64,000 nucleotides of DNA from Parcubacteria bacterium C7867-007 (lineage in GTDB: Bacteria > Patescibacteriota > Minisyncoccia > Phycocordibacterales > Phycocordibacteraceae): assembly GCA_001189195.1 (NCBI GenBank), contig LFCQ01000006.1:56841-120840 (forward strand), read 5' to 3'. A program made the position numbers and the translations under genes. This document shows, piece by piece, positions 38,399 through 47,881 of the stretch (positions within the stretch are counted from its first letter, which is position 1; each line of letters opens with the position of its first letter). The notes under the pieces were generated by a model. It was not told where the DNA came from, searched no databases, and saw only the letters and a list, made by a program, of their open reading frames with translations.

Positions 38399-39709
38399 AT
38401 GACCACAGTATATATGCGGCGCAATGACGGCCGCCGTAACCCGTTCGACCGCGATGCGAGTCGTTCATCGGGCCGTCCTAATCGTTCAAGTTCTTCAAAC
38501 CGCTCTTCAGGCGGCCGCCCTTCACGTGGCGGTGATCGTTTCTCTTCAAACCGTTCATCAGGTAGTCGTCCTTCTCGTGGAGGTCGTAACTTCCAGGAAA
38601 TGGCGGTTGACCTTTCGAAGCTTATTAACAAGGCAGTAGAGGGATTTGTTGCAGAGGTATACGTACCAAAGCACCAGTTCATCGATTTCCCAGTGGATGA
38701 GAAGCTTAAGGCAAACATTATTTCTAAGGGCTATGTCACCCCAACTCCTATTCAGGATCAGTCGATCCCGGTAGTACTTGAAGGGAAGGATGTGGTTGGT
38801 ATAGCTAACACCGGTACAGGAAAGACCGCATCATTCCTCATCCCTCTTATCGACAAGGTACTCAAGATGCGTGCTGCTGGTATCGAAGAGCGTGTACTCA
38901 TCATGGTTCCAACCCGTGAGCTCGCTATTCAGATTGAGCAGGAATTCTATGGATTCGCTCGTCAGCTCGGTATTAACTCCGTAGTAGTAGTGGGTGGTGC
39001 AGGCATGGAGCCACAGGTTCGTGGCCTACGTCGCAAGCCAAACTTCGTGATCGGTACTCCCGGTCGTCTTAAGGATCTTATGGAGCGCCGTGAACTGGAT
39101 CTTTCGAAGTTCCAGACCGTGGTTCTCGATGAAGCAGACCGCATGCTCGACATGGGGTTCATCCAGGACATGCGTCACATCATGAGTTTCATGATGGATG
39201 ATCGTCACACCCTCTTCTTCTCTGCAACGCTTTCACGCGACATTGAGAAGCTGATCGGTGAATTCCTTCATGACCCCGTGCGTGTTTCGGTTAAGACCCG
39301 TGACACTGCCGCTACCGTTGATCAGGACGTGATTCGCGTTCCTTCAAGCGAGAAGCTCAACACCCTTATCGACATGCTCAAGCAGCCTGAATACGATAAG
39401 GTACTTGTTTTCGGGCGTACGAAGCATGGTGTTGAACGTCTTGCTCGTGACCTTAACCAGGCAGGTATCAAGGCCGACTCTATTCACGGAGACAAGACCC
39501 ATGGCAAGCGCCAGAAGGCCCTTGGACTCTTCAAGCAGAGTCACGTAACGGTACTTGTCGCTACTGACGTTGCTGCTCGCGGCCTCGACATTAGTGGTGT
39601 ATCGCACGTGATCAACTATGATCTTCCTGCGACGTATGAGGACTACACTCACCGCATTGGCCGTACAGGCCGTGCAGGAAAGACAGGAAAGGCACTTACG
39701 TTCATTTAA
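38399..39709 (+). CDS. DEAD/DEAH-box RNA helicase
   Basis: TPIQ, TGTGKT, PTRELA, TPGR, DEAD, SAT, ARGLD, HRIGRTGR. Confidence 0.96.
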   Translation: MTTVYMRRNDGRRNPFDRDASRSSGRPNRSSSSNRSSGGRPSRGGDRFSSNRSSGSRPSRGGRNFQEMAVDLSKLINKAVEGFVAEVYVPKHQFIDFPVDEKLKANIISKGYVTPTPIQDQSIPVVLEGKDVVGIANTGTGKTASFLIPLIDKVLKMRAAGIEERVLIMVPTRELAIQIEQEFYGFARQLGINSVVVVGGAGMEPQVRGLRRKPNFVIGTPGRLKDLMERRELDLSKFQTVVLDEADRMLDMGFIQDMRHIMSFMMDDRHTLFFSATLSRDIEKLIGEFLHDPVRVSVKTRDTAATVDQDVIRVPSSEKLNTLIDMLKQPEYDKVLVFGRTKHGVERLARDLNQAGIKADSIHGDKTHGKRQKALGLFKQSHVTVLVATDVAARGLDISGVSHVINYDLPATYEDYTHRIGRTGRAGKTGKALTFI

Positions 39710-39768
39710 TTGAACGAGTAATACAAAAGGGCCGGCTGTGAAGCCGGCCCTTTGCCGTATACGGTGAA

Positions 39769-40140
39769 CTACGCTGCGGCAGCCATCGGTTCTGCCAACT
39801 GTTGCTTGATGAACGCGATGATTTCTCCACGGATGAAAGACTTTGGCATGTCGTCACCCGCGACCCATCGAGCGAATAGTTCAGGGGTGAGTCCCCACCG
39901 ATCAAGAAAGCGGTTGGTGGTCATGCCGCAGAACAACGCGAATCGGAGGATCAGGCTGAACGTAGCGCGATCGATCTGCCCGGGATCAATTTCCGACCTC
40001 TCGAGCAGACCTCTGTAGAAGTGAATGGACTGCGTTGCGATCGCCTCAAGTCCCTTGGCGAACGTTGCGGTATTCAGACGTTCAGATTCAGACATCACCA
40101 GACTCCTTTGCGGTAACGCGAGAAATGATGTGAGTTCCAT
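39769..40140 (-). CDS. Hypothetical protein, possible C-terminal HTH
   Basis: 123 aa; AGGAG SD before the internal Met (MSESE); terminator 39726-39753. Confidence 0.6.
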   Translation of the reverse strand: MELTSFLALPQRSLVMSESERLNTATFAKGLEAIATQSIHFYRGLLERSEIDPGQIDRATFSLILRFALFCGMTTNRFLDRWGLTPELFARWVAGDDMPKSFIRGEIIAFIKQQLAEPMAAAA

Positions 40141-40259
40141 TACTCAAAGTACGCCCATTATAAAAAATGTCGAGGGTGATAAGGATAACAACAAGTATAA
40201 AAGAAATCGGCCGCACGAGGTGTGCGACCGACCATTTCTTGTGGGACTGGCCCAAATGC

Positions 40260-40445
40260 TTACGCGGCGACGAGTTCCTTGACCTCGACAACTTCCAAGC
40301 TACAAACTGGACAGGTCGCGAAGAATCCACGACCGGTACAGGTGCAGAGGATAGGTTTCCTTCGGGGGTTTTCCGTTTCCGAGAGAACAGGCCTCTCAGG
40401 CTCACGCGCAGATCTAGATCCAACGGTGATCGGAATGCATATCAT
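40260..40445 (-). CDS. Small Cys-rich hypothetical protein
   Basis: CTC...CPVC; AAGGAG SD; hairpin 40201-40240 downstream. Confidence 0.5.
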   Translation of the reverse strand: MICIPITVGSRSAREPERPVLSETENPRRKPILCTCTGRGFFATCPVCSLEVVEVKELVAA

Positions 40446-40573
40446 TCGGAGCTCCTTCTGTTGCAGTCTGTTGGCAATAATGCGCTATACAGCGCCTTCA
40501 GTCAACGTTCATATAGTGGGGATAGAGGAGCTTGTAAGCTCAGAAAATCGTTATACTTAAAGGGCGAAGGCTC

Positions 40574-40852
40574 ATGGATCCATTCCTTCAGATGCATATC
40601 TTTTTTCTGGTCACCACGATCGTCGTGGTGGTACTTGGCGTACTTTCGTGCGTCGCGTTGGTGTATGTAATCCTGCTCATTCGTACTGTGGAGCGCATTG
40701 CGAGCCATGTGAACGAAGAAGCAGAAGAGATACGCGCAGATATAGATGATGTGCGAAGGAAAGCGAAACGTGAGGGGCTTCGTCTCAAGCATTTGATTAC
40801 GTTCTTTGGGAAAACTGCAAAGCGCACAAAGAAGCGCGCCGCAGCAGATTAA
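40574..40852 (+). CDS. Hypothetical single-TM protein
   Basis: IFF.VTTI.VVV TM followed by a coiled coil. Confidence 0.75.
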   Translation: MDPFLQMHIFFLVTTIVVVVLGVLSCVALVYVILLIRTVERIASHVNEEAEEIRADIDDVRRKAKREGLRLKHLITFFGKTAKRTKKRAAAD

Positions 40853-40871
40853 TTATTTTTGTAACTCATGT

Positions 40872-41366
40872 ATGGCAACTAAGAAAACTGTTAAGAAGAC
40901 TGTAAAGAAGGGGAAGAAGCAGAGCGATGTAATGCTTGCTGCAGAAATTGGTGCAGGTGTACTCGCAGCCGGAGCCGCTGCAGGTGCTGCGTACTACTTC
41001 TATGGAGACAAGAAGGCAAAGAAGCATCGTCAGGCTGCTGCTAAGTGGGCAAAGGGTATGAAGGCACAGGTGATTAAGGAAGCAAAGGTTGTTGCAAAGA
41101 TTGATCAGAAAGCAATGGCAGCAATTGTAGACAAGGCAGCTGCAGCATATGCAGGTGTACGTTCTGTTGATGCACAGGACCTTAAGAATGCTGCTGCTGA
41201 ACTCAAGCGCAACTGGAAGGAGGTAGAGCGCGAAGTTGAGAGCGCTCGTCGCAAGGCAAAGAGCACAGGGAAGAAGGTGGTAAAGAAGGCGACTAAGGTG
41301 GTAAACAAGGCGGCAAAGAAGGTTGTTAAGAAAACAACCCCAAAAAAGGCCTCAAAGAAGCGTTAA
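40872..41366 (+). CDS. Lys/Ala-rich hypothetical protein
   Basis: Histone H1-like termini, AAGAAYYFYG hydrophobic core. Confidence 0.8.
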   Translation: MATKKTVKKTVKKGKKQSDVMLAAEIGAGVLAAGAAAGAAYYFYGDKKAKKHRQAAAKWAKGMKAQVIKEAKVVAKIDQKAMAAIVDKAAAAYAGVRSVDAQDLKNAAAELKRNWKEVEREVESARRKAKSTGKKVVKKATKVVNKAAKKVVKKTTPKKASKKR

Positions 41367-41392
41367 ATTAGGGTGTGATAGGATAGACCAAT

Positions 41393-42109
41393 ATGGAAAA
41401 CACAAAAAGCGCATTTATGGACCGATACCTTACTCCGTTAGCAGTATTGCTTGCGGCAGTAATTATCGCTCTTGCAATGATTTATGGTCAGGGTCTTGGT
41501 TCAGGCAACAAAGGGGCTGATGGTAAGGCTGCAGTAGCAGTAGACATCAAAGATGTTAAGACGGACAACAGTCCGTATATTGGAGACAAGAATGCACCTA
41601 CCACCGTTGCAGTCTTCTATGATTACCAGTGCCCATTCTGCAAGCAGTTTGAGGAGGCAGTAACTCCTAAACTCATCGATGCGTATGTGAAGGAAGGAAA
41701 GACAAAGATTGTCTTCAAGGACTTCCAGTTCCTCGGTGAGGACTCAACCACTGCAGCACTATTCGGTCGTGCCCTTTGGGAGGCACATCCTGATAAGTTC
41801 CATGACTGGTTCGTTGCAATGGCTGGTGCTCAAGATGATGAAGGTGATCAGGGCTTCGGAGATCTTGCATCTATCCAGAAACTATCGGCAGGTATTCCTG
41901 GGATCGATGTTGCAAAGGTAACCAAGCTCATGACTGATAAGAAGGCTGACTACATGAAGGCAATTGAAGCTGATCGTGCAGAAGGTGCCGCTCTCGGTAT
42001 CAACGGTACACCAAGCGTTATTGCAGGTACTAAGCTCTTCTCAGGCATGTCTCCTGATGCATTCTTCACTGGAATCTCGGCACAGCTTGATGCACAGCTG
42101 AAGAAGTAA
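41393..42109 (+). CDS. DsbA-family thioredoxin domain protein
   Basis: G..NAP, DYQCPFC, GINGTP; N-terminal TM. Confidence 0.92.
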   Translation: MENTKSAFMDRYLTPLAVLLAAVIIALAMIYGQGLGSGNKGADGKAAVAVDIKDVKTDNSPYIGDKNAPTTVAVFYDYQCPFCKQFEEAVTPKLIDAYVKEGKTKIVFKDFQFLGEDSTTAALFGRALWEAHPDKFHDWFVAMAGAQDDEGDQGFGDLASIQKLSAGIPGIDVAKVTKLMTDKKADYMKAIEADRAEGAALGINGTPSVIAGTKLFSGMSPDAFFTGISAQLDAQLKK

Positions 42110-42142
42110 TTGACATGTCATAGCAATTTGCTACGATTGTCT

Positions 42143-42220
42143 ATGACAGTTACCCTCTGGTGAAAACCAAACGAGAGTGGAAGAAAAACACCGACCCATA
42201 AAGTCGGTGTTTTTCTTTTT
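42143..42220 (+). ncRNA. Short transcript 2 carrying leaderless minigene MTVTLW* (42143-42163)
   Basis: TTGACA(42110)...TG-C-TACGAT(42132) promoter; ATG at the predicted TSS; terminator 42181-42220; complementary to tRNA-like RNA 2. Confidence 0.6.
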
Positions 42221-42281
42221 CAGTTGTATTTGATTTTCTTCTTACGCCCTCCATATCACTATTTTTCTATAGTAATCCTGC

Positions 42282-42350
42282 GCCGGTGGTTTCGGTGACG
42301 AGAGGGTAATTGTCACTCCACTCTTGAGGGTTCAACTCCCTCCACCGGCT
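42282..42350 (+). ncRNA. tRNA-like RNA 2 (acceptor stem and T-arm, non-canonical interior)
   Basis: GCCGGTG/CACCGGC; GAGGG-TTCAACT-CCCTC; 37-nt interior as in copy 1; TATAGT at 42268. Confidence 0.75.
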
Positions 42351-42369
42351 AAGGATATATACTGAATAC

Positions 42370-42870
42370 ATGAAAATAGTCACGGCACATGATCCCATGC
42401 AGCCGGGATACTGCTATGAATTAACGGCACCAGAAGGGGAAGGCTTTGATTCAGAGTTCAAACCAGATCTCACACCCAAAGATATGTTTGAACGCGGCGT
42501 CTTTGGAGGAAACTATTTTGAAGGACATCTCGACGAGTTCCCCAAAGATTGGCTAAAGAACGCAAAGATCTCTACGGTACACGACAAGAGCTTGAACTAC
42601 TTTGGTATCGACGCATCACAACCTTATGAAGTCTGGAAGGCAAAAGGATGGATATACAAAGATGATCCACGGGGGTGGTTCCAGTGGTATTGCCGATACT
42701 ATAGGGGGCGACGTATCCCCGAAGAAGATGCACGCCAAATAAAGCGCTGGAAGCAAATGGTTCGCCATGTTGCTCAGGTACGGTATGGATGCCGCAAAGG
42801 TGATTTCACCTGCCGAACACGCCAGCGACAAGCTCTGTTACACTGGGCATACGATAGCGCAGCACTCTAA
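42370..42870 (+). CDS. Conserved hypothetical protein
   Basis: F.P.LTP..M...GVFGG.Y, W..KGWI..DPRGWFQWYCRY..GRR, RQALLHWAYD. Confidence 0.85.
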   Translation: MKIVTAHDPMQPGYCYELTAPEGEGFDSEFKPDLTPKDMFERGVFGGNYFEGHLDEFPKDWLKNAKISTVHDKSLNYFGIDASQPYEVWKAKGWIYKDDPRGWFQWYCRYYRGRRIPEEDARQIKRWKQMVRHVAQVRYGCRKGDFTCRTRQRQALLHWAYDSAAL

Positions 42871-42880
42871 TTATCTACCC

Positions 42881-43117
42881 ATGAATATCCCCACACCTGG
42901 TATCTACTATCACTTCAAACACCCAGAACAACACTACCAAGTCCTTGGAGTTGCATTTCATACCGAAACTGAAGAAGACATGGTGGTGTATAAGGCTCTG
43001 TATGGAGAAGAAAAACTCTATGTACGTCCACTAGCTATGTTTTTGGAGTATGTTGAAAAACCAGAATTTGGCTATAGTGGCCCGCGCTTTGTACGTATTG
43101 AGGCCACTCATGGTTGA
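42881..43117 (+). CDS. DUF1653 domain protein
   Basis: G.Y.HFK, HTET.E.MVVY.ALYG, VRP..MF. Confidence 0.9.
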   Translation: MNIPTPGIYYHFKHPEQHYQVLGVAFHTETEEDMVVYKALYGEEKLYVRPLAMFLEYVEKPEFGYSGPRFVRIEATHG

Positions 43118-43541
43118 AGAAGAACGATTCAAAGTACTTGTTGCTGAGGCATGGGAGCATGTTCCTGAACACTGGCGTGCTCAAGTACAAAACGTTGCAC
43201 TGTTGGTTGAAGATGAGCCAAGTGATGATGTGCGTGCAGAGGAAGGACTTGGGCCAGAGGATACTCTTCTTGGGTTATATCATGGTGTACCAAATACCGA
43301 ACGAGGTGAAGGGTATGGAGTGGGATCTGTACTTCCAGATACCATCACGTTGTACCGCATACCAATTCTTGAAGAAGCACGGCATCACCTAGGAGAATCA
43401 GATTCTCCCGAAGTATTTGAAATGATTGTACGCACTGTTATACAGGAAACTTTATGGCACGAGATAGGCCACTACTTTGGTCTTTCAGAAGGAGCGATAG
43501 ATGAACGAGAACAAGAAGGGACAAATTGGTTCGAACCTTAG
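43110..43541 (+). CDS. Zincin-like metallopeptidase (DUF1025)
   Basis: LLGLY.G.P, PD.ITLYR.PI, HEIGHYFG. Confidence 0.9.
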   Translation: MVEEERFKVLVAEAWEHVPEHWRAQVQNVALLVEDEPSDDVRAEEGLGPEDTLLGLYHGVPNTERGEGYGVGSVLPDTITLYRIPILEEARHHLGESDSPEVFEMIVRTVIQETLWHEIGHYFGLSEGAIDEREQEGTNWFEP

Positions 43542-43599
43542 TGTCTAAATATAAAGCACGTGTTACACGCTTTGAAGCATCAAGTAGTGCGCTGTAATA

Positions 43600-44064
43600 C
43601 TATTGCTCCACATTAGAAAATACTTCGTTTGATCCATAGGCTTCACTAAAATCACCAAAACGAACCCATGTTGGGACAAGCTTAAATAATAGTGGCATCG
43701 CTGAATCCATGTGTGTTATTGGAGCGGATGGTTCTCCCTTAGGGAAGAGTCGCGCAGTGAGATCGGAGAGGACGGGACCAAAGGTGGCGGTGTCGGTAAT
43801 TTCTTCAAACACACCCTCTATCTGCAGTGTCTGGTTTCCCTCCAAATCAGTTACTACAAACGCTGCATGAGGATTTGAGTGGATATCATTCACTTTGCGT
43901 GTGTTCGCCAGCGTCAAGAAATATACGGACAGTGCATCATCGCATGCGTAATATAGCGTGCGTACGCGTGGAGTTCCTTCTACAGAGACTGTTGCAAGAG
44001 AGCCATGAGAGTGTGCTTTAAGAAAGGCGACGGCGTCAGATTTTTGCATTTTGGATGTTTCCAT
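43600..44064 (-). CDS. Pyridoxamine 5'-phosphate oxidase family protein
   Basis: LATV...G.P.VR, RKV..I..NP..AFV, LQIEG. Confidence 0.85.
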   Translation of the reverse strand: METSKMQKSDAVAFLKAHSHGSLATVSVEGTPRVRTLYYACDDALSVYFLTLANTRKVNDIHSNPHAAFVVTDLEGNQTLQIEGVFEEITDTATFGPVLSDLTARLFPKGEPSAPITHMDSAMPLLFKLVPTWVRFGDFSEAYGSNEVFSNVEQ

Positions 44065-44114
44065 TGCATAAGTATACACCCTGCAAGAGCGAAGGATAAT
44101 GCTACCATTTCTTC

Positions 44115-44708
44115 ATGTTCGACCTTAAGATTCTACTAGTCATAATAGCCTCTATCCTAGCGGTCATTGGTAACGCCTCTTATCTTAAAGATGCGATTAC
44201 GGGCAAGGTGAAGCCTCACCCCTACACCTGGTTCATATGGTCCATTGTGTCGATGACTACATTCTTTGGTGGACTCTCTAAGGGTTCTGGGATTGGAGCA
44301 ATACCCACAGGAATAGCTGAGGTATTCACCATCATTATTTTTCTTCTATCGCTCAAATACTTTTTTAAGGATCGTACTCTACATATACGACCAATTGATA
44401 ATTACTTCCTCGCCGCAGCGTTGCTAGGACTTATTCCTTGGGTGCTCACTAAGGACCCGACTATTTCTGTGGTTATAGTGGTCGCAATCGATATTGTGGC
44501 CTTCCTCCCGACGCTTCGAAAGACATGGATGCATCCTGAAACAGAGAAGCCACTTCTCTACGGTATGAACGTTGGACGCCATGTGCTCACGCTACTGTCT
44601 CTGGGTTCATATAATATCGCCACAACCATACACTCAATTGCGATGATTATTACAAATACGCTAATGGTACTTTTTATACAAAAGAAAGGTCATCGCTCGA
44701 AGCTATAG
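44115..44708 (+). CDS. Hypothetical membrane protein
   Basis: KPH.YTW.IW and PT.RK.W..PETE motifs; 7 TM. Confidence 0.8.
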   Translation: MFDLKILLVIIASILAVIGNASYLKDAITGKVKPHPYTWFIWSIVSMTTFFGGLSKGSGIGAIPTGIAEVFTIIIFLLSLKYFFKDRTLHIRPIDNYFLAAALLGLIPWVLTKDPTISVVIVVAIDIVAFLPTLRKTWMHPETEKPLLYGMNVGRHVLTLLSLGSYNIATTIHSIAMIITNTLMVLFIQKKGHRSKL

Positions 44709-44718
44709 AGAGACTTAG

Positions 44719-45555
44719 TTAGTCCTGAACTAGAACCGGTGTGCCCAAAGGAGTCCATTCATACAGCGCCTTGGCAACATCGGGAGGAAGGTTCACACAT
44801 CCGTGAGACCGCTGCTTGCCGAACATATCATGCCAGTATGTGCCGTGTATGGCACCACCTTCTTCAGTAAAATAGAGATTCCATGGCACCCCAGGAAGAT
44901 CGTAGTACTGATCCGATATGCTTGGAAGCGGCCCTTGCATGTAACGACTGGGTGTCTTTCGGTACACTATGAAATTTCCTCGGGGAGTTGGAGTAAGATC
45001 AAGTCCTGTCGACACCTGTGTATCAAGAAAAAGTTCATCGCCGTCATAGGCATAGAGCATTTGTTCAGAACGGTCGATACGAATACGCTTTGTCGTTGCA
45101 GGAACCACATCATCGGATAGTTCTTGAGCCTGCTCACTCAGGAATGAGTTCGTACCATCGGTGGCCACATACCAGTCGCGTTGCATTCGTTCTGGGTACC
45201 GTAGCCATTCACTGAAGACGACCTTGTTCCATTCTCGCCCGGTACTATCGATTGTCGTGGTAGCAGCAACGGCGAGCACTACACCGGATCGGAGCTTTTC
45301 GAGTACAGGAGCCGTTGTTGTGGGGGCTGCCCGAACGTTCACACACCCTCCTTGGAAATACGCATCGCAACCGGCAGTCACCTCAACGTATCGAACGGTT
45401 GAGGTGGATATCTCTTCGCTCACAAAAGCATTGTTGAACTCTTCCAGTACATCTGACTCTTCTGAAGCTTCTTGTAGTGCGGAGTATCCAATAGCGATTG
45501 CAAAGGCGAGCAGAATAAAAATCACCCAGCGGACTGTTAGGGAAAAGGCACTCAT
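44719..45555 (-). CDS. L,D-transpeptidase family protein
   Basis: VSTG...TPTP.G.F, AIHGTYWH..FG...SHGCVNL; SH3-like N-domain. Confidence 0.92.
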   Translation of the reverse strand: MSAFSLTVRWVIFILLAFAIAIGYSALQEASEESDVLEEFNNAFVSEEISTSTVRYVEVTAGCDAYFQGGCVNVRAAPTTTAPVLEKLRSGVVLAVAATTTIDSTGREWNKVVFSEWLRYPERMQRDWYVATDGTNSFLSEQAQELSDDVVPATTKRIRIDRSEQMLYAYDGDELFLDTQVSTGLDLTPTPRGNFIVYRKTPSRYMQGPLPSISDQYYDLPGVPWNLYFTEEGGAIHGTYWHDMFGKQRSHGCVNLPPDVAKALYEWTPLGTPVLVQD

Positions 45556-45637
45556 ACCTAGACTATACTCTGCGGCCCCGTTTTTGCGATATACTCTATA
45601 CAACCAGATCTCTGGCAAGTAAAGAACCACAGAAACT

Positions 45638-46117
45638 ATGGACAATGATACAAAACTAACGCGCTCCTTCACGGGATACGTCGCCACGCTTTTATTCTTC
45701 GGTGTCGGGGCAATAACCACTATTGGTATGGAGTGGTATGACGGCCTGGTGCTGCCTGCGTGGACGCCACCAGAGCTACTGGTCGCATTAATTTGGTTCG
45801 TGCTCTTTGTTCTCACGGCATGTTCTGTGGCAGTGTTTTGGGAGAGATCTAAACGAAACGAGCGATCGTTCGCCTCAATTCTCGTGCTCTACATGGAGAA
45901 CGCCATGCTGGTTCTTCTCTGGAACTACGTCTTCTTTGGCCTCCACAATCTAAGTATTGCTTTCGGTGTAGCAATTCTTATTGGTGCCCTTGTAGTTATA
46001 ATTATGGCAAAGGTGTGGAATGAGGTTCGTCTTGCGGCCTTGCTACTCATTCCATACTTGCTATGGATGCTGGTGGCACTTGCACTCACGTACCAGATCA
46101 TGCTCCTAAATCCCTAG
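45638..46117 (+). CDS. TspO/MBR-family protein
   Basis: WY..L..P.WTPP, LW...FFG, LL.PY..W. Confidence 0.9.
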   Translation: MDNDTKLTRSFTGYVATLLFFGVGAITTIGMEWYDGLVLPAWTPPELLVALIWFVLFVLTACSVAVFWERSKRNERSFASILVLYMENAMLVLLWNYVFFGLHNLSIAFGVAILIGALVVIIMAKVWNEVRLAALLLIPYLLWMLVALALTYQIMLLNP

Positions 46118-46265
46118 TTCAGCTTATATAAAAGGATCGGGGACAAATATGTAAGGGGTTGTTGTATACCAGGAAATATCATCAGATCGCGCCCAAATAG
46201 CCTGTCTAGGTGATACTTGTATTTTTATCATTTAGTGATATAATCAACATCACTAACATATTCTC

Positions 46266-46754
46266 ATGCCTGACTACAAGAACAACAGCCGTTTTAAGAA
46301 ACCCTTTACCAGTGGTGGTCCGAGTCGTGGACCTGCCCGTTTTGGTCGCCCAAACACCGATGGACCTCGTGAAATGCACACTGCAGAATGCAGTAAGTGC
46401 CACAAGTCCTGCCAGGTACCGTTCCGTCCAAACGGAACAAAGCCGGTATTCTGTGGAGACTGCTTCACCCGTGATGGTGATTCTCGCGACTCTCGCGATA
46501 CCCGCGGCTCATACCAGAAAAAGGAATATGGTGCTCCTCGCACAGCAGCTCCCACTGAGGATCGTCGTATAGACGAGCTCAAGCGCCAGCTTATTCAGAT
46601 GGACAGCAAGCTTGATCGTCTCGTACAGATGATTGATGCAGCAAACCGTGCACCTGCAACAAAGACAAAGACTGCTGCTCCTGCTGAAGCACCTGCAAAG
46701 GCAAAGAAAGTAGCAGTGAAGAAAGTTGTTGCTAAGAAAGCAAAGAAAGCCTAA
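46266..46754 (+). CDS. CxxC-x17-CxxC domain protein
   Basis: MH.A.CS.C...CQVPFRP...KPVFC..CF. Confidence 0.9.
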   Translation: MPDYKNNSRFKKPFTSGGPSRGPARFGRPNTDGPREMHTAECSKCHKSCQVPFRPNGTKPVFCGDCFTRDGDSRDSRDTRGSYQKKEYGAPRTAAPTEDRRIDELKRQLIQMDSKLDRLVQMIDAANRAPATKTKTAAPAEAPAKAKKVAVKKVVAKKAKKA

Positions 46755-46802
46755 CGGTACCTTTGACGTAACGAAGCCCAGACGATGTCTGGGCTTTTGC
46801 GT

Positions 46803-47033
46803 TTAACGGATGATGTTGGTGGCACGGGGTAGGGTAAGTGGATCAGACGAACCCGGGATAGTGCCAGAGATAGAACCTGCGGAGCCAGCTAGTTGTGAAC
46901 CGACAGTCGCAGAGATTTCAGCAGCGTTCAAGAATGCGATAATCGTACTTTGAAGCTGGAGAAATATAGTAGGAACGAGAAGCTGAAGAATAAGGATGAG
47001 AATACCGAGTCCTAATGCGCGAAAGATAGGCAT
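46803..47033 (-). CDS. Hypothetical small membrane protein
   Basis: MPIFRALGLGILIL... hydrophobic N-terminus. Confidence 0.55.
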   Translation of the reverse strand: MPIFRALGLGILILILQLLVPTIFLQLQSTIIAFLNAAEISATVGSQLAGSAGSISGTIPGSSDPLTLPRATNIIR

Positions 47034-47156
47034 AAGGGTGGTAGTTATTTGATAAACGTGGACTCTAACAGAGCACACACGTGAGACGATGCGGGTCTCA
47101 ATCAAATCCTTCCTAAGCTCCTTCCATCTCCTATAACCACATCCCCTAAATCCAGG

Positions 47157-47699
47157 TTACACAACCTTCTCTTTGAGAAGTTGTGCATACTTCTCCTGCA
47201 CCTTCTGGAGCTTTGGCGCAATGATGACTTGGCAGTATCCCTGCATCTTATTCTGTGCGTAATAGTCTTTGTGGTATTCCTCAGCAGGGTAGAAGGTGGC
47301 CCCTTCTTCAATCGTGGTGACGATAGGATCACCCTCACTAGATGAATCACTCAGCTCTTTGATAAAGGCTACTGTCTCCTCCTTCTGTTCTGGAGTGGTG
47401 GGGAACACCACGGAACGATACTGCGTCCCAACATCGTTACCCTGACGATTTAATTGAGTTGCATCATGAGAACCGAAGAAGACGGTAAGGAGATCACGAT
47501 AGGCAACTTGTGAAGGATCAAACTCAATCTTAATCACTTCTGCGTGACCAGTATCTCCACCGCACACCTGCTGGTACGTAGGGTTAGCTGATTTCCCACC
47601 GGCATACCCCGGCTCAACGCCAGATACCCCTTTAAGCATTTTAAATACTGCTTCAGTGCACCAGAAGCACCCACCTCCAAATATTGCTGTTTCTGTCAT
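47157..47699 (-). CDS. msrA: Peptide-methionine (S)-S-oxide reductase
   Basis: GGGCFWC, GYAGG, GHAEV, QG.D.GTQYRS, AE.YH..Y. Confidence 0.97.
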   Translation of the reverse strand: MTETAIFGGGCFWCTEAVFKMLKGVSGVEPGYAGGKSANPTYQQVCGGDTGHAEVIKIEFDPSQVAYRDLLTVFFGSHDATQLNRQGNDVGTQYRSVVFPTTPEQKEETVAFIKELSDSSSEGDPIVTTIEEGATFYPAEEYHKDYYAQNKMQGYCQVIIAPKLQKVQEKYAQLLKEKVV

Positions 47700-47881
47700 A
47701 TGAGTAAGTATATCAAGTATCTATTTTTGACGTAATTCCAAATATAATCCCAAATATGTTATGAACAGGTATTTCTCGCTACTGTGTCCACCGCAGGCAT
47801 ATACTCCGAGCAGGTGCATCGAACTTTGATACAAAAGCACCTTGCGAATCATCGCATCATCAGTTAATCAAGGGGTCGATC

